A DNA stretch of 64,000 bases from Elsinoe ampelina. Lineage: Eukaryota. The first letter of the stretch is position 1. Every line of letters begins with the position of its first letter. The notes under the pieces were generated by a model that had not been told where the DNA came from, ran no database searches, and saw only the letters and a list, made by a program, of their open reading frames with translations. Position numbers and translations under genes: made by a program. Positions 1 through 10,722 of this stretch are shown here, one piece after another. The stretch is from NCBI GenBank assembly GCA_010093995.1, contig ML992512.1:877831-941830 (forward strand), read 5' to 3'.

Positions 1-1351
1 CCCGCGAGGTCTCGCCTTTGACCGTCACGGAAATCTTCTCGTGGTGGAGTCTGAGCGAGGACGCATCTCTGCTCACAGGCTGGAGACTGACAACAATGGC
101 TGTGTTTCTGTTGCCGACTCAAGGGATGTGACACCAGATGGACTTGATGTGAGTTCTGGGCTGAGTCGGTCTTTCTGTCAATTCTGACCATTTTAGCTCA
201 ATCATGGTATCGCGGTCAGCGAAGACGGTAACACGCTGTATGCCTCCAACGCCGATGAAGCCTATTCGTGGGAGTACAACACAGATGGCCGCACCGTCAA
301 CAACCGTCGGACCCTCGTCCAGAATATGACTGGCAGTGATCATAGCACGCGGACACTTGAGCTGTCTCGCGCGGCACCGGGCATACTGATCATCTCCTTT
401 GGCAGCCAGAGCAACTATGATGCCCTAGCGACTGATGTCACGTCCGGAAGTGCCTCGGTCAGCGCTTTCAATATCACCGCTCTGGGTTCGGAACCCTACA
501 CCTACCAGACTGATGGGACTCTCCTCGGCTGGGGTCTTCGAAACGAAGTCGGCATTGCTGAGCATCCTGTGACCGGCGGTATCTGGGGCGTCGAGAATAG
601 CGCCGATCAGATGATTCGCTACGGTGTCGACATTCATGCGAATAACCCCGCCGAGGAGCTCAACTTCCTGGGAAACATAAGCGAGATGGTCTCTAGTGAC
701 CCCAACGTCGGTTACCAAGGCCCTAATTACGGATACCCATGGTGCTTCTCTGCCTGGGACACCGCCGACCTTCCCCAGAATTCTGGCATTGAAGTTGGCA
801 ACCAATTTGCCATCTCTCCAGTCGATGCTCTCGGCAACAGAAACCAGACTGACGAGTTCTGTGCCAACCGCACCGCCGCCAGACTGGTCTTCCAATCGCA
901 CATGGCGCCGCTTGACATCAAGTTCAACAACTCTGCAACTGAGGCATGGATCGCTTTCCATGGTTCCTGGAACTCGCCAGACCCAGTGGGATACAAGATG
1001 TCCTATGTCCGCTTCAACGAGCAGGGAGAACCAGTTGAGCCCAGCACCAGCACGACCGCAGCCATTGACATCTTTGCCAACCAGGACAACAGCAGGTGTC
1101 CGAGAGATTGCTTCCGTCCTGCGACCATGGCTATTGACGGGCAAGGCAGGATCTTCATGAGCAGCGACTCGAGTGGAGAGATCTACATGGTCCGTCGTGC
1201 CGAGGGCAGCAGTGGCACCACGCCTAGCACGCCTAGCACGACTGGTGGAAGCGGTAGCACACCGAGTCCCACAGGTGGTGTGGCCAGAGTTGTGCCAGGT
1301 TGGTGTCTAGTGGCAGCCTTGTCATTGGCGGCTGTCATGGCTGGGATGTGA
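1..1351 (+). CDS. AA12-type PQQ-dependent sugar (glucose/sorbosone/pyranose) dehydrogenase, 5'-truncated, probable GPI-anchor tail
   Basis: Frame open from base 2 (PRGLAFDRHGNLLVVE), intron 149-196, then LNHGIAVS...GLRNEVGIAEHP...VENSAD...NPAEELN...HMAPLDIKF...FHGSWN...CFRP...SSDSSGEIY. Ends in a Ser/Thr/Gly linker and a hydrophobic C-terminus. Confidence 0.85.
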
Positions 1352-1500
1352 GATCAAGTACTGTAATTCAGTATCAGAATGAATGTACGAATATTTGTCA
1401 AGCGACCTAATCTGCACAAAGGTCGAATGCTTTTCAGACATTAAAAATATGAATCCAACCCATCAGCGCCATCATCCCCTCGCGCTTTTGATCCCCAAAT

Positions 1501-3435
1501 CTACGCCTCATCCGTGCTATTGAAATAATGATTCACAACCGGCACCTTGGTATTGCTCCCATACGCACTCCCTCCATAATCCAAATACCCACTCGTATAC
1601 GGCGTACTCGGGAACTTTGCCTTCAACTCCTTCGCCGACCCAAACACCCAAACGGTATTCATCCCTTGCTGCAACAACACGTCAGTCACATTTCCCTCCT
1701 CTCAATCTCATCATGTACTACTACTCACCACCGCATGCGCCGCAATATGACAATGCGCCATCCAAGCCCCGACATTCTGCTTGGTAACCCTCACCCTCCA
1801 CGCCCGCCACCCCATGGTCACATTCGCCCTGCTCGACAGCCCATCGTCCGTGTACCTGTACAAAACCGTCGTGTCCCTCCTCGCGGGCACGTACCCGGCA
1901 TTGACCAACTTCCTCTCGTTCCTGACGGCATTGTACGACCCGTTGCCGCTCCCGAGGTCGTAGACGTGTTCGCCGTGCATGTGCATCGGGTGCGAGTCAA
2001 AGTATTGCCCGACACCCGCGTTGCCTTGCCAGACGATGTCGAGGACTTCGCCGACGCGGGCGGGGTAGGATTTGCTCGACGGGTCGAAGCCGCCGTTTTT
2101 GAGCGCGAGCTTGTAGTTGGGCGCTTTGTCGTCTTTGAGCACCGAGATGAGGTAGGGTGCTCGGTTGGTGGCTGCGATGCGGTCTTCTTGCCAGGCGAAG
2201 TCGTTGGGGACCCAGTCTGCTGGGCCGTCCGGGTGGCCTGGTCCTGCCCAGATGCCGGCTGTGAGTTTGATGGTCATGTTGACGAAGATGGTGCGGGTGA
2301 CTTGGGAGAGAGGGGGGAAGGCGGCGCGGTATGCTGGGCTGAGGGATTGGAGGGTGTATTCGAGGTAGTTGTAAGTGATGTTGGGAACCTGCACGGGGGA
2401 AATGGTGGGGACGGATGATGGAGCTACAACGGGAGTGTCAGGGAGCTTGTATCGGAGGAGGGCGTAGCCAGAGGTAACAACGGGGCGGTCACGGCTTTCG
2501 TAGCGAATCCAGAAGGAGGTTTGGTTAAGTTTCTTGAGCTCGGCGGCAGTCTTGGTCTTCAGGAGGTAGCTGAACCGTTGACCTGGGGCAACCTGGATAT
2601 GGTTGACGCCGGCGAGTTGGGTGTATTCGCCGTCAGCCTCGATGACGCTCAAGTTCGAGTGTCCCTCGATGACGGCTTTGACGATCGGGAGTGCAGTTGC
2701 GCCGACTACACGGAGCCTGTATTGCTTGCCAGGTTCAACATCGATGATATGCGGTTTGCAGCTACCAGACGAGTTTGAGCCAGCTGCGGTGCCGCTCTTG
2801 CCATTGATCATGATAGCATCGGCTTCGCCAGGCCAGATGATAGGATTGCCGGTAAGCTCTTCCACAATGACATCGTCGGTCTTGCTGAAGTACGTTCCAA
2901 CAACTAAGAGTTTGTCTGCATCATACTTGTAGGGCGGCTGCTTGGGTTCCTTGACAATGATTGCACCATGCGCGGTAGCCTGCTGGAAGCCGACGTGCGA
3001 GTGGTAGAAGTAAGTTCCAGCATCGCCCTTGACCGGTCGTACTTCATAATCAAAGAAGTTTCCAGCGGGGATTGGCCATTGAGCAACAAGTGGCGTGCCG
3101 TCTGAGAAAGGAGCAGTACGCTGGCTCAATCCATGCCAATGCTGGAGATGATTAGTCACTGATAGAGACAGATCGTTTGCAACACCTACGACTGTGAGAT
3201 TCTGGTCTTCTAGCCTATTGTATACCCGAATCCAAGTCGTCTTGCCTTCGTTCAGGCGGAGCGTAGGACCTGGACTCGTCCCATTGAAGACTACAGACAC
3301 GCGCTTCTCACAAGCGATATCAAGATTCTTCTGGGTTGCTTCTAGAACGAGATCAGGCACAAATGCTGAATCGTGGCGAACAAGCTCAGCCAATGAAGCA
3401 CTGAGCAGTCCGAGGAAAGGTAGTAAGAGCTTCAT
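1501..3435 (-). CDS. Secreted multicopper oxidase, fungal L-ascorbate oxidase-like (AA1)
   Basis: Signal peptide MKLLLPFLGLLSASLA. Copper motifs HWHG, YFYHSH, HPMHMHG and HCHIAAHAVQGM (Met axial ligand after splicing). Introns at about 3142-3189 and 1669-1728. Confidence 0.9.
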
Positions 3436-4770
3436 GGTCTGTGTAAACGAGTGACGACCCTCGCGACAACCAGATGGAGAGGTTATTTGAGCATGTAAAA
3501 TCGACCAACCTGTATAGACATACCGTCCACAAGCATCTCTCGCTACCATCTCGACCCGGCTGGTTCATCCTACCCAGCGGTGTTGATCAATTTCCCGTGC
3601 TAACGCTGATAGTGCAAATTAGGAATCAATAGGCTGTGCGAGAGGATGAACGACTTTGACAACGTTCGAGACAAGACGAGATGGCATACTGTCAAGAGCC
3701 ACCTTGGTAGTCCTACAATAATGTACTTCGGACCTTTCGTATCCGTCCGGCGACGTTGAGCTGCCCATTGTAGCTGAGGAAGAATCGCCGAGAAAGGCAG
3801 CGATGCCTAGCTGTGTGTACCCACTGTGTGTGACTCTTTGCGCGGTTCGACGACCTCGATGGACGTCGTGCGCAGAGAAGCCCATGCTTGCCACCCGATA
3901 CTGACATGCATAGTGATTGTCGGTACACCGCGATGATGTGGCAAAATGTGTGTGTTGTGGAATGGTTAAACAGCTCCAGCCGAGGTCGGGAGACAAGGCC
4001 CCATAATTTCTTGTTTCGGGAACCCCGCTGAACGTGCCGTTGAAGCAACGCCCTTGAACTTCAGGGCCCGCCCTCAATCGTCTTTCCCATCCTTCATCAA
4101 CGTCGCCGTTCCTTTCACCGTTACGAAGAAGCATGTCGCCGACACAAAAGCGGCCGTTGAGACTCCACCACGACTCTGCAACGCTGAGAGGCTCTCGGCG
4201 ATACGCTCATCTCGCTTCCTGTTCCTTGGTCTGTGAACGCTTCTGAAGTGCGGCACATGCAAGCGATGGTCTCTGCCTGCATAATCATGAGAGCTCGCAT
4301 ATCCATTGGTAATGTGATAGGTGGTCGTCACTGGTTTGTCACTTTGATGTAGGTGGCTTTCATTGATGCGCGGCGCATCATTGTCCTGCTCCCTTATCGC
4401 CACAGTCCAGTCCAATCATGAGCACATTGCACTGTTGGAGAGAGACTTCTCCCAGCAGAGCCTCTTCAAAGGCTCTCCGCCGCTTTGCCCAGCCTAAAGT
4501 GTAGCCGCTGCTCTGAAACATTTATTGGCCGTCAGATAAGGTCCGTCAGCAATAGATACAGTAGCGCTCGCTTGCCACGAGTCGTTGGAGAAAGAGCTTG
4601 CGCACCTCAGACACCGTTGTGAGCGACCAAGCTCGGCCGCTCGAATCGTCCACAGCTGTGGCAATGCCAAACAAACACCATGTCTCTCGAGAAGTTTTCT
4701 TACCTAGAATCTCCTCCAGGGTCAGGTAGACAGCATTCAGGAGAACGACCAGGAACTTGACAGCATCAAG

Positions 4771-5934
4771 ATGGAGAAATCTACACCATTCAGCTCGGCC
4801 GTCGTGTCCGAGGTCAATGGAGACCTTCGACTGAGGAGAATGCCCCCCGTCGTGGAAGAGCAATTCGCCGGTCGCCTCGGTGCCAATCAAGAATTCATCC
4901 TCGACAGACACGACGAGGAAGACAAGGATCAGCTCAAGAAGCATCCCGATGCTGTCAGAATCTACCCAAAGCCACTCACACATTATCTCACTGACCATGA
5001 AAGGCCCCAATCCACACTTTCAAGGACTCCCTCCACCTCGAGGGCTTCCTGTCCCCAGGCCTCTGGCGCATGGCCATAGTCGAAGGATGGGGCACCTTCC
5101 TCCTCATCTGCGTCTTCGGCAGCACATCATCTGGCCTGACCACGCTGGGCATGTCACAAATGGCCACAGTAGCCTACGCCGCAATGGGCGGCTTCATCGG
5201 CCTGATGATGTTCACCTACGCCCTTGGTCCCGTCTCCGGCGCCCATCTCAGTACGACCAATTCCTTTACCCCCCCGTCCCAGATCTTGACTAAACGATTG
5301 CAGACCCAACCATCACAATGGCCACCTTCTTCGCCGGCCTCTCCACCTTCCCCCGTACGGTCCTGTACATCCTCGCCCAAACCATCGGCGGCATCGTCGC
5401 GGGCTACTGGCTCAAGCTCGGCATGGGGGACGCTTTCTACCCTAATGGTGTCATCCCGGGGTGCACGGTGGACAGTTCTCTGGTCAGTGCAGGCGAGATG
5501 TTGGCGCTGGAGTACATGTTCACTCAGGCGTCGATCTTTTTGGCTTTCCTCATCGGTTTGGACCCGAGGCAGGGCAAGACGATTGGGCCTACACTCGGTC
5601 CGGTGCTGGTCGGGTTGATTCTTGGGTTCGGCACCTGGGTGAGCGCGATTGCTAGGCCCGGGTATACTGGGATGTGTAAGTCCTTCGTCGCCATATCGTT
5701 CGCTACTAGTACTGATGGGGATCAGCTTTCAACCCCGCTAGATGCCTGGGCATGATGACTGCCAAAGGCGAGATGACGAACCACTGGGTGCACTGGGTTG
5801 GTCCGTTGGCTGCGACTTTCTTCCATGGGATTTTCTACCACTTCAATCCTCCTTGGGCTAGCGAGGAGCCTCTCTTCGGGAAGGCGTTGGTGTTCTTTGG
5901 GCTTTGGCATACGCCGAAGGATTCGGAGGTGTAA
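4771..5934 (+). CDS. Aquaporin (MIP), X-intrinsic protein (XIP)-like
   Basis: Spliced model (introns about 4954-5003, 5251-5303, 5676-5725) gives SGAHLNPTIT and FNPARCLG, N-terminal FAGRLGANQ, PGC loop and HWVHWVGP. Confidence 0.85.
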
Positions 5935-6209
5935 AGTCCTCGTTTCGCAAGGGTGGAGGTTGGATATGATAGAGGGATATATAATATTGGAGTTGTGGTG
6001 GGGGCGAAATGAATGCTCGTTATGAATACGAATTCTGATCATCCTGAATGTATTCAATCGTGACTCATCCGTTATTCCTCGACATATGATCAAACGCGAA
6101 GGCTGATTGCTCCCTGTGCAGCAACCTGGAATCTGCACATTCAAGTCATACAGGCAGAAGAAGAGAATAGTGTAGCAAAGTGCAATACCAAAACACATTC
6201 TATTCCCAC

Positions 6210-9200
6210 CTATCTCCCCACAGTAGCAAAGTGATCATCATCCTCATAAGGCACCGTAATCACAAAACTCTTCTGCTCCCCCTTACCCTGCGTCGGCACC
6301 TTGACCACCGTCGCCCTCGCCTTCCGATCAAAATACGGCTTCTCCACCGCCTCCGCCCCCTCGACAGTCGCGAGTTTGCTCTCATCCACCCTGGTCTTCG
6401 GATCATGCCAGAACACCACCGTGAACGTCTTGCCCACATCTCTCTCGACAAACGGGTACTTGTCCCACGTCGTCTTGATCTGCAGCCTGCGCTCGAACTT
6501 GTTGGACGTCGCGCCACGCTTGCCGACGCGGTGGATCGTCTGCGAGATCCGGACGTGGGTGAATTTGGAGCCGGCTTCTTGGTCGCCGAAAGCCCCTCGG
6601 AGGCGTTCCCGGCGGTGGGCGCTGGTGTGGCCGATTTCGTCGGAGCCGGCGAGGTAGGCGTCTTCGGGTGCGGAGTCGCGGGAGACGCCGTCGTCGAGGT
6701 ACATGTCGTAGCACTGGGGATGTTAGCTGGGAAGGGACATGCGGGGGACGGAGGAGATGACTTACGTAGGGGCGTTCGGATTCTTCGCGAGCGCATTGGC
6801 TGCGGCCGGGGTAGACGTGGAGGGTGATCGGGGTCTGGATGTTGGCTTGAGCTGGGTCGTTGCGGTCGGGTACGAAGCCGAGGACGGGGATCTGAGGGAT
6901 GATGGCACCTTCGCGGACGTACATGGGCGTGACGTAGGGAAGCTGCTCCTGGATGAGTCGGTTCTCCTCATTGTGCCAGCAAGCATGAACGGAAGCAGTG
7001 TAGTGCACGTGCTTCCCACCAGGAACCCTCCAGGTAAGAGCCTCACCCAAGCTATCGTCATTGTCGAAGGCGCGGAGGTTCAGCTGGTACCAGTCACTCG
7101 GGGCAGGCAAGTATACCTTTCTCCTGTCCCTACGGTCTCTCTCCTTCATGACTGGGGCATGGAGCAAATCGTTCCCAATGAGGTACTGAGATCTGGTAAA
7201 TTCTTCGTTCGAGGCGAAAAGACTGCCATCGTATGGATCGGTAACGATCATTGCACGAGCGATCGGCAGACCGTGAAGCAGATTCTCGAACATGGTATCG
7301 TACAAGAGCTGCATCAACGAGTATCGCAAGCGGATGTAGTATCTGACCACGGGAGAGACAGATCTGTAAAGACCGTACTCGCCGCCAGGGATTTTCATGT
7401 CAGAGAAGGCCGAGCTCTGGGCAAACTCGTCATACGCCCAAGGTTCTTGGAACAATTTCTTTCCTTTCTGAACATAATGGTTCCTGTACCATGGGAGCAG
7501 CGAGTAGGCTACGTTCCATCGGATGAAAAGTTCTGGGTCGCAGAATTGCTCGCCGGTCTCTGGAGGCTCGAAGCCGCCCACGTCAGCGCCTGCGACGGTG
7601 GTACCAGAAAGCCCAAGTGACAGAACTTGAGCGACCGAAATATTGAAGAATTGCCAGGTAGAGCTGTTATCACCAGTCCACAAACCGGCGAATCTGTGCG
7701 CACCGGTGAAGCTGCCTCGACCGATGATGAAGTTGCGCTTGCCCTTGCGGCTCTCCAGCTTGTTCAGACCGTGGTAGGTAGCCTTGTGAAGGTTGTAGCT
7801 GTAGAGTGACCAGAGCTCGATGGCCTTCTTCTTGACCCCTTGCAGGGTCGGATCGCCTGACCAGCCGTCTGCCTCGAGGAGCAGTCGGAAGGGGAAGGAC
7901 TTCATGTCACCATAGTTTTGTCCGATACATGGCCCAGTCATATCTTGCCATACGAACTCCAGGCCGGTTTCGAAGAGAGTCTTGTACTGTTGTCCCCACC
8001 AGGTACGTACGGCTTTGTTGTTGAGGTTGGGATAATGCCCTGGAGAACCCTTCCCTCCCCCGTAGTCGACGCCGCCATGGAAAGGCTCAAGCTTGTTGTT
8101 GAAGTTGTTGCGAAAGTTGTACGTGTCTTTGCCAAAGTTGAAGGTTGCTCTTGTGTCGACGTCGCTTGGATTTGTGGTGTATTTGTCACCCTTTCCGTAT
8201 TGCACGTAGCGAACGTGATCAGAATCAGTCACTGAAGGGTCGATCTCTCGCTGATCCATGACGAAGTAGCCTTTCTTGAGTCCTTCGTTCAGGGTGTTGT
8301 ACCAGTCACAAGGCACATTGGCAACGACCGGAGTGATGTTTGTGCTGCACTTGACACCTTGGGATCGAAGTCTCTTGAACATGGCTTTTGGGTCCGGGAA
8401 AGTTTCGAGATTGATGGTGAATGTGCGGTAGTTGTCCTGCATGTCGACATCGATGTGCATTCCGTCGATGGGATAGTCGTACTGCCTGTACTTGTCCACA
8501 GCACCTTGCACCTTTTCTTGCGTGTCGTATCCGTAGCATCCTTGGTGATATCCAAGGATGTATCGGGGCTTCAGGCGCGGACGGCCGACAATCGAGGTGA
8601 ACAGACTGATAATGTCTTGAACATTGTCTCCAGCAAAGAAGATACCCGCAAAGGCATTGAAACGGGTGGCCATACGGACACTGAGCCAATCAAGACGACC
8701 GATGTCCAAGCAGACTTGGGAGTAGTTGTCGACGAATGTAGCGACTTGGGACTGCAGAGACGGATTTGAGTTCACCTCGATAAAGTACGGATCGGAGTGG
8801 TAGAGTGGCTCTGCATCGCACTCTGGACCCTTGTCGTACACATTGTAGTATCGCATGTTGTCAAAGTTGAAGAAGTTCATGAATGTCTGGTCCTTGATGA
8901 ATTTGGACCCTCCCTGCTCGCCGAAACCCATGTAACGAGCTGTAGGCGTACGCTCGATGGAGAGGACTACAGCGCCGTTGCCGTATTGGAAGCCTCGCTC
9001 CTTGGTTTGCCAAATGACAGCCTCGACCTCTTCGGTTGGGGGAGTCCAGGCAGCAGTGGCAGCACTCGAGCTTGGTAGCGCAAAGAAGGATGGAGTAGCG
9101 CCGACAAATCGTGTAGCAGTGATTCGGAAGGGATCTTTTTGAATCCAGAGTTTGACGCATGGTGTTCTGACAAATCCTTGCGGGTTCTTGGGCGCCTTCG

Positions 9201-9633
9201 TCTTGATCATTGAGGTCAAGATCAGATGCTCGCTGTCATCGTCTGTACCTTCGAGCTCAATATCCCAGTCGATGTCTTCGGCGTGATCGAGCTCTTGAAT
9301 CATGTCTTTGCCTTGTTTTCGGATAATAGTGGCAGTGTTGAAATCGGTAAAGGACTCTCCGCCGTCGTGCTTCTCATTGAAGCGGATGCGCCAGACGCGA
9401 GGCCGCATGAATTGGATGAGCAATACAGCTCCAGTGTCGAACCGAAAGACACGTCCGCGATGGCACACATCGTGGAGCTTGTTCTTTACGTAGTTGTCTT
9501 GCTTGGAGTAGGTGATAGTGGTCGGTATCTTGACCCATGGTGCATATGGTAGATCAAAGTCTGCGAAGAAGTCTTCGGCCTTCTGAAAGGTGTAGGGATC
9601 GCGGTATCTCACCGCCTCCCACGAGTCTGTCAT
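6210..9633 (-). CDS. GH31 exo-alpha-1,4-glucan lyase (1,5-anhydro-D-fructose-forming), about 1123 aa, no signal peptide
   Basis: GH31 core HIDVDMQ, nucleophile context GLEFVWQDMTGP (lyase-type; glucosidases have WIDMNEP), acid WTGDNSS, WYRNHY, N-terminal DPYTFQKAEDFF. Intron 6714-6765 joins the last exon CYDMYLDDG. Confidence 0.85.
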
Positions 9634-10722
9634 GGCGCACGAATTGGAAAGATGGTATTAAAATTTTGTAAAGAAACAGGGGAAGGTGGAGGGAGTGATC
9701 TTGGAGCTAAAGGTAAGGAGAGGTCAAATATTACCACTCGAGTCTGAACAGACACGACCACGTTGACAGCTCTCCCCGTCGCCAATCGATGCTGCCACTG
9801 AAACAATCGTCACTAGCTCCTTCCGAGTGCATTGCATCCAGCCAAGCGGTGATCGACCAGACAACAGACCTGTGGGGATCCATAGCATGGTAGCGCACGA
9901 TGAGGGATTGAGCTATGCAGACGTTGGTCATCGAACGTGGCTGCCCTGAGACGGGAAGGACGGAAGCATGAACAACGACTGAAGCTGTGGCCTGAATACG
10001 CGAGATGCAGGAGATGAAGGAACTGGTTCACCGGCGCGTGGTGGAAGAAGGACAGGAAACAAGTCCAAGGGCAAAATTGGATGGCAACGGTCGAGATGAG
10101 CCGCGTGGGATTTCTCCAAAACCAGCCCGGACGCCCGAGCTTGAACCGGCTTGACCCGAGGTCTTGCCCCGCTTTTGGTGACTTCAGCTCCAATACTGTA
10201 ACTTGACGACCGTTGTTTCCTTTCTCCAACCTCTGTACCTATATCCTCAACTGCCCGGCTTTGTCCTTAAATTTGCTTTTCCTCAGAGAGACATTCACGG
10301 ATTCAATTCCGTGATAGCAACGCCTTCAGCCGCTAATAGCACTGTCTTGGACCACACGGGATGATATGCGAGAAAAACACCTTTCATCAGTTGCCAGAAG
10401 CGGCTGATCTGGTCTGCCCATCGCCGTTCGAACACGTTTGTGCTCTGCGTCCCTCGCAGGGCAAAGCATGGCCGTTGCGGACCTGCCTTGGATAGCTGCC
10501 CCGACAGGAGAGCTGGCGATCATCTCGGACCCCTGATTAGAGCTCTGAATGGGAGAGCTCCAGACGTTGCAGCACGCAGTATGACCCGGTAGGTGAGGAC
10601 CTCTCGAGCTCTCCGTCTGTCATAAGTCCCCTCATCGAGCTTGTCTTTCAGTCACATCTACAAACTATACCCCTTCTAATTTTTGCAATCCACTTCTCTT
10701 CACAAAGACCTTTGCCATAATC

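Noticed and set aside
1528..2418. Long antisense ORFs (also 6739-7620, 31755-32567, 33861-34709, 42338-43285, 48535-49356)
   Set aside because: Shadows of well-supported genes on the opposite strand, expected from GC-rich codon bias. No recognisable motifs.
3600..4770. Several 60-170 aa ORFs between the MCO and XIP genes
   Set aside because: No codon bias, motifs or coherent splice pattern. Most likely divergent promoter DNA.
6403..6765. C-terminal RRRRLPRLR... extension of the 1076-aa ORF
   Set aside because: Read-through into intron 6714-6765 (GTAAGT...CTAAC...CAG). The real C-terminus is the YLDDG exon ending at 6210.
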